From positions 640,001 through 704,000 of the forward strand of contig CAVRKK010000002.1 in assembly GCA_963722385.1 (NCBI GenBank): a stretch of DNA of 64,000 nucleotides, written 5' to 3'. The DNA is from an uncultured bacterium. Lineage in GTDB: Bacteria > Babelota > Babeliae > Babelales > Babelaceae. The position numbers and the translations under genes were made by a program. Below the pieces are notes generated by a model. The model was not told where the DNA came from and ran no database searches. It worked only from the letters and a program-made list of their open reading frames with translations. Positions 29,086-39,769 of the stretch are shown piece by piece (positions within the stretch are counted from its first letter, which is position 1; every line of letters begins with the position of its first letter).

Positions 29086-30693
29086 CTACCGCTTAATAAA
29101 TCGCGGGTTATGCTCCATATGCGGTGCTGAATTGTTAATCTTAAACAACGGCCTGATGTCCATTTTTAAGCCCGCATTGAACTTGCTTAATAGCTCAACG
29201 GGCGTATAAAGCGCCATGTTGCGGTTTTTGGAATAAGTCTGAACCAAATTGAGTGGGATATTCACGATCTGCGACGTTACGGGGCAAAGTCCGATGAGCG
29301 AAAAGTTGCTAAACTGCTCCCATGTTGCCTCAAGCTCATTAGGCGTATGATATCGAAGCGATTCGAGAGCACCCCTGATATCCCGCTTGCGATACAGTGT
29401 CATATCCAACGTACATATCTGGCGCCACTCTCCTCTACCTGCCATAAACTGCCACGCATAAACCGTAGGCGTAATTTTCAGCAAGGGCGGCGTACCCGTA
29501 TAAGCACCCCTGGGCAACACAGAATAACAATGAGTAATGTTTTTTCCCAAGCGCAAGTAAAAGCCATGGGCACCCGTTAGCTCAAGCAGCATGAGCGCAG
29601 CGTCAAGATCAATCGCATCTTTGATAATAATATCATCAACAGCAAATGCAACATAATCACCAGCTCGCTGATACACTGAGGCAAGCGTCAAAGCCTTAAG
29701 ATCAGCAGCGGTTCGCTGATGATGAAATATGGCTTGAGGGAAGTGCGCCTTCAGCACGTCATAGGCACGCCCGTAGCTGCTATTCGACGTTGCGTAAATA
29801 ACAACAACCTCATAAGCGCCGGTTACGTGTGCATAACAAGACTCAAGGAAGGCATACAATTGTAAGGGGCGATCTTTAGAATAAACAATGAGTCTCGCCT
29901 TCTGCTTGTCGCTCGTGACCGGCTGGGCAAGGGGCTGATACTTTCGCTTTGAGCGAATTAAGCGCTCTTGCTGCTTTTCTTTTTCTGATGGTGCCGGTAC
30001 TGGCGAGTGCTGGATGCAGAGAATATCATCAATAAAGCGATAGTGCTCTTTGCCTGCCATTTCAAGCAAGGGGAAAAGATAGGCTTTCTGAACATTGCCA
30101 TAGAAGTGACCACGGTCTATTAAGTCGCCAAGCTTAATCTGTTTTAAAAGCCAGGCACGACACGTAAACGGCAAACCAATGCACCAAGCTTTATGTGAAC
30201 GGAAAGTATTGTCCTGGTAGATGTTAAGAGGAAAATCTCCAGCGATACGCTTGCCGCTTAAGCCCTTGAGCTGGTAATTGCCGGACGCCGCCCACACCGT
30301 CGAATCTTCATAAAGCTCTGCCAACTGGGCAAGCACATTCTGGTTCGCAAAAATTTGGCCGGGCAACAATATAAGAATAACGCTCTGATCGGGGCAGCTT
30401 AAGCCTGTCGTATAAACGGCCTGTACCAACTCTTGACGGTGGCTATTAGAAGCGACCGTTAAGCAAGATTCATGCTTTTGCATAAAATCCCGGACTTCTT
30501 TAGCCTTTAACGAGCCATTGTTGATAGCGTAAAGGTGCCAGTTGATATAACGCTGATCGGTAAGCGATGCGAGTGTCTCAAAAAGGTCTTCCGATACGAC
30601 AGGTGGAACAATAATTGAAAATTTGCATGAAGCGCCTTGGATAGGCGCCGAGATGAGAGCTAAACAAAAAATAACGTTTTTATATATGCGCAT
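29086..30693 (-). CDS. Two-domain GT-A (GT2-like) glycosyltransferase with signal peptide
   Basis: N-domain resembles the GT2 domain of 39770-40990 (FPLLEMAG vs LPMLEMAG); C-domain has VYSKDRPLQL and FAVDD. Confidence 0.7.
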   Translation of the reverse strand: MRIYKNVIFCLALISAPIQGASCKFSIIVPPVVSEDLFETLASLTDQRYINWHLYAINNGSLKAKEVRDFMQKHESCLTVASNSHRQELVQAVYTTGLSCPDQSVILILLPGQIFANQNVLAQLAELYEDSTVWAASGNYQLKGLSGKRIAGDFPLNIYQDNTFRSHKAWCIGLPFTCRAWLLKQIKLGDLIDRGHFYGNVQKAYLFPLLEMAGKEHYRFIDDILCIQHSPVPAPSEKEKQQERLIRSKRKYQPLAQPVTSDKQKARLIVYSKDRPLQLYAFLESCYAHVTGAYEVVVIYATSNSSYGRAYDVLKAHFPQAIFHHQRTAADLKALTLASVYQRAGDYVAFAVDDIIIKDAIDLDAALMLLELTGAHGFYLRLGKNITHCYSVLPRGAYTGTPPLLKITPTVYAWQFMAGRGEWRQICTLDMTLYRKRDIRGALESLRYHTPNELEATWEQFSNFSLIGLCPVTSQIVNIPLNLVQTYSKNRNMALYTPVELLSKFNAGLKMDIRPLFKINNSAPHMEHNPRFIKR

Positions 30694-31483
30694 TGCTACG
30701 TGGTGCTAAAAGTCCAAGATTGGCGAGCAATTGATCAATTTGATTTTTGTATTGATGATATGGCCGTAACATATGTGAGTCTATGTAGTAGCCAGCCTTG
30801 AGTAATCGTTGATCAAACTGCCATTTTGACCGATCGATGCGCTGGTTGCCCGTCTCATAACCAAGCAGTTTAAGACGATCCGGATAGCCATGCCATTTTC
30901 TTAACAGCCAATAGAGCAGTACTTCATCAGCAGTCCAGCCAATTTTGAATGCATACCACTCTTGGATTTTAGCAGGAATTTCGTCAATAGAGCTTATACC
31001 GAAGATTTCTCTGAAAGTAGCACCCTTTGCCACGTTATAGCAAATGGGATATTGCTTAGCTTTGGTGCCATACGCTCTATCATTAAAAACAACAAAGAAG
31101 TTATCAGGCACATTGCTAATAAGGTTTGTATAATAAACTTTGCTGATAGGCAGCATGTCAATATCAGAAAGAATACATACCTCGTCAGGATAGAGCACGG
31201 GAATAAGAAGGCGGATGATTTGGCTATAAAATGACGAGGGAACTCCAGGCAACGGTGTAAAGCGTATCACGTCGCCGAATGATTCATCAGCAAAAACATC
31301 ATCAGGGGCTATAAGCGCCAATGTTGGCTTTAAACCGATATGCTCTTTCCAAGCTTTGGCAACAATAGGCCAAAACTCAAGGTACATGGGATGAGCGCCA
31401 GCCGATAAGATAACCCGCTCGGGAATAAGCGGATAAATCGACCAAGCAAAGCTTAAAGCGATAAAAAGACAGAGTAAGCGCAT
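30680..31483 (-). CDS. Putative GT-A glycosyltransferase-like protein with signal peptide
   Basis: SQIIRL, ILSDIDMLP (DxD), YPICY, WTADE, IDSHMLRP; cluster context. Confidence 0.55.
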   Translation of the reverse strand: MRLLCLFIALSFAWSIYPLIPERVILSAGAHPMYLEFWPIVAKAWKEHIGLKPTLALIAPDDVFADESFGDVIRFTPLPGVPSSFYSQIIRLLIPVLYPDEVCILSDIDMLPISKVYYTNLISNVPDNFFVVFNDRAYGTKAKQYPICYNVAKGATFREIFGISSIDEIPAKIQEWYAFKIGWTADEVLLYWLLRKWHGYPDRLKLLGYETGNQRIDRSKWQFDQRLLKAGYYIDSHMLRPYHQYKNQIDQLLANLGLLAPRSNAHI

Positions 31484-31626
31484 AACTAACCAGTATTTTG
31501 TTGTTTATAGTAAACGTATATAATCAAACATTTTTTTATCTGTCAAGCAGCTTGTGTGTGCATTCTTGATACAAAAAATATTACGTGGTATAACTTTGCT
31601 AAGCAACTTAAGAGGAGACGATTTTT

Positions 31627-32931
31627 GTGAGAAAAGTATACCGGTTAAGCACCCTGATTTTTTTAGGAATAGTGAGATTCTCTAGCCTCTCTGCAGAAAT
31701 TAAGAGCAACTCGCCCTATGACGTGACAATCGTTGGTTTTATGAAATTTGCTGACGGGTTGGGCAGAATATCGATAGGGATTGCCGATGCATTAAGCAAG
31801 CGCCTGAACGTTAATTTTATTAATACGCGCAAGGACCACACCAGTTTAGATAATCTTTCGCCAGCAGTTCACGCAATTGCAAAAAATGGGGATGCAAGGC
31901 CCGGTAAAATTGCTATTTTTACTGACTGCTTATGGGATATCGCGCGTGACCACTCAGCCGCAGTGCCCGAAACATGTGACATCAAAATTGCCTATTCTAT
32001 GCTTGAATCGAGCAAGCTTCCCCCTCAATGGGTAACTATCCTCAACAGTCGTTTTGATCTCATAATAGTTCCCGACGTTTATCATGTTAGTACCTATCAG
32101 CGATCCGGGGTTACAACCCCCATTATTGTGCTGCCACCCATCTGTTATTTAGAAGAATTTCTCGCGCACCAAAGATCGATCTCGAGCGAAGAATTTATTT
32201 TTGGCAACACCTCAGGTTTGTGGATTCACAAGAACCAGGACGTTCTTATTGAGGCTTTTGCAAAGGCATTTTCTAATGCACCGCGGGTAAAATTGCTCTT
32301 AAATGCCAGAGGCTGTGATCCCGTTCTCTGTGAGCGTATTCGCAAAAAAATAGAAACCGTCAATGCAAATAATATTGAGTTGCAGGTAAAAAATCTTTCT
32401 TGGAAGAATTATATCGACTATATGGCGTCATTAAATGTTTTTATTAGCCTATCTAAGGGTGAAGGCTTTGCTTTTGGCCCACGTGAAAGCCTTTCGCTAG
32501 GTATTCCCGTTATTATATCTGATAATACCGCACATCGCACGCTCTGCAATACACCTTTCGTTTACTCCGTACCGGCACCGATTAGAGAGCCTGCTTATTA
32601 CCCTATATTTGCCAAAGATTGCGGCTTCTTTTTTAATTGCTCCGTTGATGATGCCATTAAAGCTATGTTGGCAGTTTACCATAACTATGAACTATACCGT
32701 AAAAAAGCGTTGATGGGTAGGCATTGGGTAAAGCGTTATCTTATGAAAAATTTATACAAAAAATACCTTAATGTGGTCAGGCCACGCCAGCTTATTTTGG
32801 GAGAAAAAAATGAAGTTACCGATAGGTACCTTATGGTCAACTCGGTTGCCCTTTACCGAAAATATAAAGCACTTGAACCCGATAGCAACATGATCAAGCG
32901 ACCAAAAAAAAGGGGGGTAAAAAAAGAATAA
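31627..32931 (+). CDS. GT4-family glycosyltransferase with signal peptide (paralog 1)
   Basis: KIAYSMLES, HKNQDVLIEAF, SKGEGFAFGPRESLSLGIPVIIS (EX7E). Confidence 0.88.
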   Translation: MRKVYRLSTLIFLGIVRFSSLSAEIKSNSPYDVTIVGFMKFADGLGRISIGIADALSKRLNVNFINTRKDHTSLDNLSPAVHAIAKNGDARPGKIAIFTDCLWDIARDHSAAVPETCDIKIAYSMLESSKLPPQWVTILNSRFDLIIVPDVYHVSTYQRSGVTTPIIVLPPICYLEEFLAHQRSISSEEFIFGNTSGLWIHKNQDVLIEAFAKAFSNAPRVKLLLNARGCDPVLCERIRKKIETVNANNIELQVKNLSWKNYIDYMASLNVFISLSKGEGFAFGPRESLSLGIPVIISDNTAHRTLCNTPFVYSVPAPIREPAYYPIFAKDCGFFFNCSVDDAIKAMLAVYHNYELYRKKALMGRHWVKRYLMKNLYKKYLNVVRPRQLILGEKNEVTDRYLMVNSVALYRKYKALEPDSNMIKRPKKRGVKKE

Positions 32932-33008
32932 CATGGCGGTTTAAAAATTTATTGGCGCCATTAGTAACGAACTTCATTTAATGTAGCTGCAAAGGGAGAA
33001 AGGTAATA

Positions 33009-34133
33009 ATGGGCAGTTTATTTGGGCATAGGCGACCATACCAATTATTGTGTGCTATCTTGCTTATGGTAGGGGTAAGTCTTCCAATAAGCACGCGAAA
33101 AAGTGCCCCATTACTTGTGGGTTTTTGGAGCTCGTGGAATATCCCATGTGGCATAGCCATGTATACCAAGCATGTGAGTACAAACCTGGAGCCGTTGAAT
33201 TGCAAAACTTTTGCCTATAGCCATACGATGCCGTTAGAGCAACTAAAAAAAGCTATTATCAAGGACCGTATACAGGTTTTGAATATACAATATGAAGCAG
33301 GCATAATGCCGCCTCTTAAGATTTATCTTGATTTTGTTAAAACGATAAAGCAGTTTGGTGTAAAGGTGGTTGTCACAATGCACGATGAGCCCGACTTTGC
33401 TCAATCAATTGTGGAAGCAGCTGATTTTACCATATATCACAAGCAACCATATTATGTAAAAGGTTTAAAAAATAAAATTGCTATCTTGCCTATGGGCGTT
33501 CCGGTTTTTACGCCAAGCCTTTCACGACAAGAGATGCGCAAAAAATATGGGTATTCAGACAAGGAAACAATTTTGGTAACAACGGGATTTCTTCTTTTTA
33601 CCAAAGAGCTTGACGTCGTATTGAAATTGCTTGCGCCCCATCTTAAATCGCATCCTACCTATAGACTGCAGCTCTTGAATAGCGCAACGCCACGTAATAT
33701 GCCGATGTGCAAGATTGTCGATCAAAAGATTAAAGCGGTTTTAAATGCCTACAAGTTATGGAGGCAGGTATATTATACGGGAAAGTTTATTCCCCAGGAA
33801 GAATTAAGCGAAAGGATCTGGATGTCCGACTTAGGGTACCAATGGTTTAGTATGAACACGCATGCAAGTTCTGGTGCAGTGCGCGAGTTTATTGCGGCGC
33901 GGCTGCCTGTTGTCGTGCCTCGTTCTTCACATTATCTGAATGTTAACAAAGGGTTGGTTAAAGTAGCACGTGATAAAATTATATTTGTTCGCGAAATTTT
34001 GCAGACACTCGAAAACAAAGAAAAGCTCAAAAGGTTGACTACGCATATAGAGCAAGAATATAATCGCTTGAATTATCAGGCGGTTATACGTCACTATTAT
34101 AATATACTTAAGCAATGCGCAGCAAAAAAATAA
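33009..34133 (+). CDS. GT-B (GT4-like) glycosyltransferase with signal/anchor segment
   Basis: PCGIAMYT, VVVTMHD, TTGFLLFTK, SSGAVREFIAARLPVVV. Confidence 0.75.
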   Translation: MGSLFGHRRPYQLLCAILLMVGVSLPISTRKSAPLLVGFWSSWNIPCGIAMYTKHVSTNLEPLNCKTFAYSHTMPLEQLKKAIIKDRIQVLNIQYEAGIMPPLKIYLDFVKTIKQFGVKVVVTMHDEPDFAQSIVEAADFTIYHKQPYYVKGLKNKIAILPMGVPVFTPSLSRQEMRKKYGYSDKETILVTTGFLLFTKELDVVLKLLAPHLKSHPTYRLQLLNSATPRNMPMCKIVDQKIKAVLNAYKLWRQVYYTGKFIPQEELSERIWMSDLGYQWFSMNTHASSGAVREFIAARLPVVVPRSSHYLNVNKGLVKVARDKIIFVREILQTLENKEKLKRLTTHIEQEYNRLNYQAVIRHYYNILKQCAAKK

Positions 34134-35365
34134 AGATGTTACACAAAATTTTGATATATAAGGTACTTTTTTTGCTTTCGTGCGTGGCATGTGCTACCTA
34201 TGACGTGACCATCGTAAGTTCAGTTATAGGGTTTGCGAATGGTTTAGAACGTGTGCCGCTCATGGTAGCTGATCTTTTAGGGGATAAGCTATCTATCAAT
34301 TTTGTGCCTCCCACTAAAATTGATTTCAAGGATGTACCGGTAAAAGTAGCTCGCTTAATTCGGAACTCTAAACGCCATGCAAGTAAGGTTGCTATCCTTT
34401 TTGATCCCTTATGGTATCCAAATCCGGGAGAAGCCTTTTACAAAAGGGTACCCTATGCACCCATCAAGCTGGCCTATTCTATGATTGAAAGTACGCAAAT
34501 TCCTTCAAAGTGGACGCAAATTCTTAATTCTTCCTTTGACGCCGTTATTGTTCCTGATGCCTGGCTTGTTCCTGTTTATCAAAGGTCAGGTGTCCACATT
34601 CCCATATTTGTCTTGCCGATAGGGCTTTATCTTGATGATTTTTTATCTAAGAGCGTGCCGCTTAGGCCAAACCGTGTTTTTACGTTTGGTTTATCAGCCG
34701 CTGGGGTTCATGGAAAAAACCATGAGTTGCTTATAAATGCTTTTTTAGAAGAGTTTGGTCAGAATAATCCCCATGTTAGGCTAAGATTACACAGCCGCGG
34801 TGGTAGTGAGGTAGAGAAAATTAAAGCATATGTTAAGCGCCTCAAGGTTTCTAACGTCGAGTTTATTCATAAGGTTTTTTCACAAAAAGAATATGTTGAT
34901 TTTATGGCAAGTATCGACTGCTATGTTACGTTATCAATGGGTGAAGGGTATTCAATTACGCCCCGTGAGGCGCTTGCACTTGGCCGGCCTGTCATTATTT
35001 CTGCTAATACGGCGCATCAGACTATTGTGGATGCCGGGTTTGTGCGTGCGGTACCGGCAGCTATTCCCGAAAAGGCTTTTTATTCGGTCTTTGGCAGCAA
35101 CCTTGGCTATAAGTTTAACTGTGACATCAAGCATGTTAAGATGGCTCTCCGTGATGTTTACTCAAATTACGCAAAATATCGGCAAAAGGCTCTGGCTGGC
35201 AGAGGGTGGGTCAAACGCTATAATTATAAAATGCTTGAGTCGTCATATCATATGCTGCTCCGGCCAAGCAAAATAGTACTTGGAAGCACCAACCAAATAA
35301 CGGACACTGCTTTAATAACGACGTCGCGTACCCTCTATAATAAATATAAAAGCATTGGATGCTGA
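34115..35365 (+). CDS. GT4-family glycosyltransferase with signal peptide (paralog 2)
   Basis: KLAYSMIES, KNHELLINAF, SMGEGYSITPREALALGRPVIIS. Confidence 0.88.
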   Translation: MRSKKIKMLHKILIYKVLFLLSCVACATYDVTIVSSVIGFANGLERVPLMVADLLGDKLSINFVPPTKIDFKDVPVKVARLIRNSKRHASKVAILFDPLWYPNPGEAFYKRVPYAPIKLAYSMIESTQIPSKWTQILNSSFDAVIVPDAWLVPVYQRSGVHIPIFVLPIGLYLDDFLSKSVPLRPNRVFTFGLSAAGVHGKNHELLINAFLEEFGQNNPHVRLRLHSRGGSEVEKIKAYVKRLKVSNVEFIHKVFSQKEYVDFMASIDCYVTLSMGEGYSITPREALALGRPVIISANTAHQTIVDAGFVRAVPAAIPEKAFYSVFGSNLGYKFNCDIKHVKMALRDVYSNYAKYRQKALAGRGWVKRYNYKMLESSYHMLLRPSKIVLGSTNQITDTALITTSRTLYNKYKSIGC

Positions 35366-35375
35366 TGAGAAATCT

Positions 35376-36164
35376 TTACCAGTTATGATCTTTTTCATAA
35401 CCAAGGGCGATTAAGACTTCTTCTAATTCACTCTGCTTGAAAAGCGCCTTGTCTTCGGCGGTAAAATGCTTGCGCCAACTGCCTATTTGACCTGCGCGAA
35501 ACGTGACGCCTTGGCCAAAAATATTTTTCAGACACCAGCCCAAACGGTTCGTTGTTAACGGCACTTCTAAATGAGCAGCGATCTTTTTTATTTCCTCTAC
35601 TTGTTTTGCCGTGGAGCCACCGCCCTTTCGACCGACCAAGTTTTCAAAACGAACCGGACAAAAAAGTGGATCATGGATCCATGGTAAAAAGGCAGAATAA
35701 TAGCGTGGGCTAATTTTAGTTATTACATGTTGAATAAGCGGTGATAGCGATTTGCCGGTTACCAGGTGGGCCGGGTAATGTTCTAAAAATGCTGGCTGGT
35801 TGGGAGCATCCTTAAGAACATGGAAGGCGAGCGAGACAACCTGGTCCCGCGGATCGCGATAAATCATGAGCCCCTTAAAGTTATTTTGTTGAAAAAAAGA
35901 AGTTGCCACTGGTGAGTAGACGGTATGGTAAAAATAAAAGCCATTCTTGAAATTCTTAGGTAACGGTGCCTTCATGTTTATAAGGTCTTTCAGGATATTA
36001 ATGCCTGGCCTGCGCGTAAGAAGCTCGAGGCACCTGGTCAAAAGGTGAGTCCCGCATTTAGGTATGGAATTGACAAATATGTTGCCCTTTTTATAGTCAA
36101 ACTTTGCAGCTAAGCTCAACTCCGTAGCGAGTATCATGATGATCAAGTATTTCACGTATTTCAT
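35376..36164 (-). CDS. PAPS-dependent sulfotransferase with signal peptide
   Basis: 5'-PSB motif SIPKCGTHLL, 3'-PB motif RDPRDQVVS, VRFENL, FRAGQIGSW. Confidence 0.9.
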   Translation of the reverse strand: MKYVKYLIIMILATELSLAAKFDYKKGNIFVNSIPKCGTHLLTRCLELLTRRPGINILKDLINMKAPLPKNFKNGFYFYHTVYSPVATSFFQQNNFKGLMIYRDPRDQVVSLAFHVLKDAPNQPAFLEHYPAHLVTGKSLSPLIQHVITKISPRYYSAFLPWIHDPLFCPVRFENLVGRKGGGSTAKQVEEIKKIAAHLEVPLTTNRLGWCLKNIFGQGVTFRAGQIGSWRKHFTAEDKALFKQSELEEVLIALGYEKDHNW

Positions 36165-36321
36165 AGTGTTTCCTATCTGAGAATTGCCTGAAGAAGGTTA
36201 GCATAGGTATAAGCGGTGGGACAATAAAATTGTTTTAATTTATCGATTTAGAAAAAAATGAGAGTTTGATTAGCGAGGATAAATGGTATATATTTTGGGT
36301 AAGTGTTAAAAAGGAGGCCCT

Positions 36322-37101
36322 ATGAATCGTCTGAGTGTTGTATTTTCGATCTTAATAATGACCAGTATCGGCTGCTTGTCATTTCATATACCTGCTCACT
36401 TGGCAGATGAGGCATTTCTCGAGGAGTTTCGCGCTCATCTTGGAGCCTGCACATGGGAACCGCACAAACTTTATAGTGTCTTTACCCAATACGATAAGGA
36501 AAGTTACCTAGTAAATAAAGAAAAATATCTCAAAAAATATCAATCGCTTTACGCCATAGCCAAGACGATAAAGCCGAAAAAAATAATTGAGCTTGGTACC
36601 TCCGCCGGCTCGAGCGCTGATGCCTATATCTCGGGTTCCGGAGCGGCCTATCTAGGCATAGATACTTTTGGTATTGGATATGATGTCGATGACAAGCCGT
36701 GGGATCCGTATAAAATAGCAAACAAGTTATTTAAAGCCAGAAAATTTACTAATTATCGCCTGCTTAATATCAATCTGAGAGCGTTAGCAATGTTGCCAGA
36801 GCTCGCTGATATGGTAGTGGTAGACGCAGCCCATGATTTTGACAATGAGTATCAAGACCTAAAGTTAGCACTAACGGCCAAGCCGCGGTTTATACTCGTT
36901 GATGATATCAATGGTAAAGAGTGTGCTCTGGCGGTGAAAAAATTTATCAACCATGATGTCAAAGGCAGCGTTGAGTCTTTAGCAATAATCGAGTATGAGG
37001 GAAATGGTCTGATTATTAAGCTTAAGGATTCAGGAGCACCTCGATCGCATAAAAAGCATACTAAGTCACCTAAAAAAGCGGTCCCACAGCGAGAATTATG
37101 A
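36322..37101 (+). CDS. Class I SAM-dependent methyltransferase with signal peptide
   Basis: [33 protein letters not shown]. Confidence 0.8.
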   Translation: MNRLSVVFSILIMTSIGCLSFHIPAHLADEAFLEEFRAHLGACTWEPHKLYSVFTQYDKESYLVNKEKYLKKYQSLYAIAKTIKPKKIIELGTSAGSSADAYISGSGAAYLGIDTFGIGYDVDDKPWDPYKIANKLFKARKFTNYRLLNINLRALAMLPELADMVVVDAAHDFDNEYQDLKLALTAKPRFILVDDINGKECALAVKKFINHDVKGSVESLAIIEYEGNGLIIKLKDSGAPRSHKKHTKSPKKAVPQREL

Positions 37102-38271
37102 ATTCAGTTTCTTATAGTTTTTAATATCTTCCTCAACCATAAGTTTTGTTAAAGTATCTAAATCTGTTTTTGGCTTCCAACCAAGTATTCTTTGTGCTTT
37201 AGAAGAATCACCTACGAGATAATCGACGTCGGCAGGACGAAAATTATGGGGATCAATTTTCACCATAATTTCTCCTGAGTTTTTATCAATACCTACCTCG
37301 TCGACTCCCGTTCCTTGCCATTCAATGGTTGTACCGATTTCTGCAAAGGCTCGCTTAACAAAATCGCGAACCTTATGAGTTTTGCCTGTCGCTATAACGT
37401 AGTCCTCCGGCTTTGGCTGCTGGAGCATAAGCCACATGGCTTCAACATAATCGGCAGCATAACCCCAATCACGTGAGGCATCGAGGTTGCCGAGATAGAG
37501 GATATCTTTTTTTCCACAGGAGCGGGCTGCAACGGCACGGCTAATCTTACGTGTCACAAAATTTTCACCCCGGCGAGGAGATTCATGATTAAACAAGATC
37601 CCATTACAAGCAAATATATTATATGATTCACGATAATTAACGGTAATCCAATAGGCATATAACTTGGCGACAGCATAAGGTGAGCGGGGATAAAAGGGAG
37701 TCGTTTCTTTTTGAGGGATCTCTTGTACTTTACCATAAAGCTCGCTCGTCGAAGCTTGGTAAAACCTTGTCTTGTCTTTCAGGCCGAGAGAACGTATTGC
37801 TTCTAATACCCGTAACGTCCCTATTCCATCAACGTCCCCGGTATGCTCGGGCTGATCAAATGAAATACCAACGTCGCTTTGCGCAGCTAGATTATAAATC
37901 TCGTCAGGCCGGATCTTTTGTATCAACTTAACAACATTTGCTGTATCGCTTATGTCGCCATAATGAAGCTTAAAACGATTCGAATTCGAATGGGCACGCG
38001 TCAGATGGTCAATTCGCTGGGTATTAGGTGATGAGCAGCGCCTTGTTACCCCATGTACCTCGTATCCCTTGTTGAGCAAGAATTCGGATAAATAAGATCC
38101 GTCTTGCCCGGTAATTCCCCATATGAGCGCTTTTTTAGGCTGGTGACTACGCGGTTGCTCAGATATGCTTCCTTGTGTATTTTGGGTAAGCATAAAGAAC
38201 CACGAGCATGTGATAGCTATTCCAAACGTCACCATAATAAAAAATTTTCTATTATTGAATATATTGATCAT
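37096..38271 (-). CDS. gmd: GDP-mannose 4,6-dehydratase with N-terminal hydrophobic extension
   Basis: [50 protein letters not shown]. Confidence 0.96.
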   Translation of the reverse strand: MINIFNNRKFFIMVTFGIAITCSWFFMLTQNTQGSISEQPRSHQPKKALIWGITGQDGSYLSEFLLNKGYEVHGVTRRCSSPNTQRIDHLTRAHSNSNRFKLHYGDISDTANVVKLIQKIRPDEIYNLAAQSDVGISFDQPEHTGDVDGIGTLRVLEAIRSLGLKDKTRFYQASTSELYGKVQEIPQKETTPFYPRSPYAVAKLYAYWITVNYRESYNIFACNGILFNHESPRRGENFVTRKISRAVAARSCGKKDILYLGNLDASRDWGYAADYVEAMWLMLQQPKPEDYVIATGKTHKVRDFVKRAFAEIGTTIEWQGTGVDEVGIDKNSGEIMVKIDPHNFRPADVDYLVGDSSKAQRILGWKPKTDLDTLTKLMVEEDIKNYKKLNS

Positions 38272-38471
38272 TTTTCTGCCCCGCTTTACAACAATGCCAC
38301 GCCCTTTGTCGGTTGGATACTATCAAAACGCGCCCACGTTGTAAATATTACCGTTACTATTGAGTGATAAGCTTGATGGTAAAATTTTGAGCAAAAACTT
38401 GTAGCACAACGGCGCCATTTTTGTATAATAGCTTAATTAGTGGAGATTGATAATAAGCGAGGGAAAGCGCA

Positions 38472-39698
38472 GTGGTGAAAAAGTGGTTGCTCGTTATACT
38501 TGTTTCGTTCATTAAAATAAAAGCTGATGTTCCCGAGATAAATATTGTAGGGTTTATCAAGTTTGCCAATGGTTTAGGTAGGGTGACGACCACGTGGATC
38601 GATGCTTTGTCGCCCCATGTTAGAGTTAATTTTATTGATACACGGCCAACCTTTTCAAGTTCCGAAGACGTGCCAAGTTCGGTAAGAGCGATTGTTGATG
38701 GTAGAAAAAAAACTATCAGTAAAAAAGTATCGTTATTGACTGATAATTTATGGGTTCCTAAGCACAAGCACTACGATCGTGTACCTACTTCTTCTATTAA
38801 GCTTGCGTATTCTATGTGTGAATCTACGAAAGCGCCACGGCCCTGGGTTGATGCGCTTAATAAATATTTTGACGCTGTTCTCGTGCCTGATGAATTTTTG
38901 GTCGCTGTATATAAAACATCAGGGGTTCGCATACCTATTTTTGTGGTACCGCTTGCCCTTTATTTAGAAGATTTTCTCGCCCTTCCGCTCAAGCAAGCGG
39001 CGAATACGCCGTTCGTTTTTGGCATTTCAGCTGCTTTATCCCGCAATAAGAACGTATCGCTGTTAATAAAATCATTTGCCGCAGAGTTTGGCAATCGAAA
39101 AGATGTTATGCTGAAAATTCACAGTCCTTGGGAAGGTAATTGCGATGAGGTACGTGCACTGATAAGAAAGCTTAAGCTTAAAAATGTCTCTCTTTCAATA
39201 GGCAAACTTTCATGGAAAGAATACGTTGCATTTATGCGTGGTATCGATTGCTATTGTCTTCTTTCTTTGGGTGAGGGTTTTTCGATCACTGTTCGCGAAG
39301 CGATGGCGATAGGGACGCCCTGTGTCATATCGAATAATACTGCTCATACGACTATTTGCAATACGGGTCTAGTATATGGGGTGCCAGCGCTCCTGCGCCA
39401 AAAATCGGAAGGTGAATTTTACCACGTCGACGTTGGTTATAATTTTAATTGTCGCCTTGATGATGTACGCCAAGCCCTTCGTCATGTCTATCAGCAGTAT
39501 CCCTTGCACCTTGCACGCGCTCAGGAGAGGCGAACATGGGCATCGCACTATCTTATAAAAAATTGTGTGCCCATCTATAGTAATTTTGCACAACCCAAGC
39601 AACTTCGATATGGCACGCAACACAGCGTCGACGAGAGCGGCATCACGACCTCCGGCGCACTATACGAAAAGTACCAGGCTTTGTTAAGCAAAAAATAG
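38472..39698 (+). CDS. GT4-family glycosyltransferase with signal peptide (paralog 3)
   Basis: KLAYSMCES, NKNVSLLIKSF, SLGEGFSITVREAMAIGTPCVIS. Confidence 0.88.
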   Translation: MVKKWLLVILVSFIKIKADVPEINIVGFIKFANGLGRVTTTWIDALSPHVRVNFIDTRPTFSSSEDVPSSVRAIVDGRKKTISKKVSLLTDNLWVPKHKHYDRVPTSSIKLAYSMCESTKAPRPWVDALNKYFDAVLVPDEFLVAVYKTSGVRIPIFVVPLALYLEDFLALPLKQAANTPFVFGISAALSRNKNVSLLIKSFAAEFGNRKDVMLKIHSPWEGNCDEVRALIRKLKLKNVSLSIGKLSWKEYVAFMRGIDCYCLLSLGEGFSITVREAMAIGTPCVISNNTAHTTICNTGLVYGVPALLRQKSEGEFYHVDVGYNFNCRLDDVRQALRHVYQQYPLHLARAQERRTWASHYLIKNCVPIYSNFAQPKQLRYGTQHSVDESGITTSGALYEKYQALLSKK

Positions 39699-39769
39699 GA
39701 AGAAAATGCTTGATAAAATTCGACTCTTGTGCTAATTATCGCTATGATTAAGGCTGCTTTTGAGTTCCC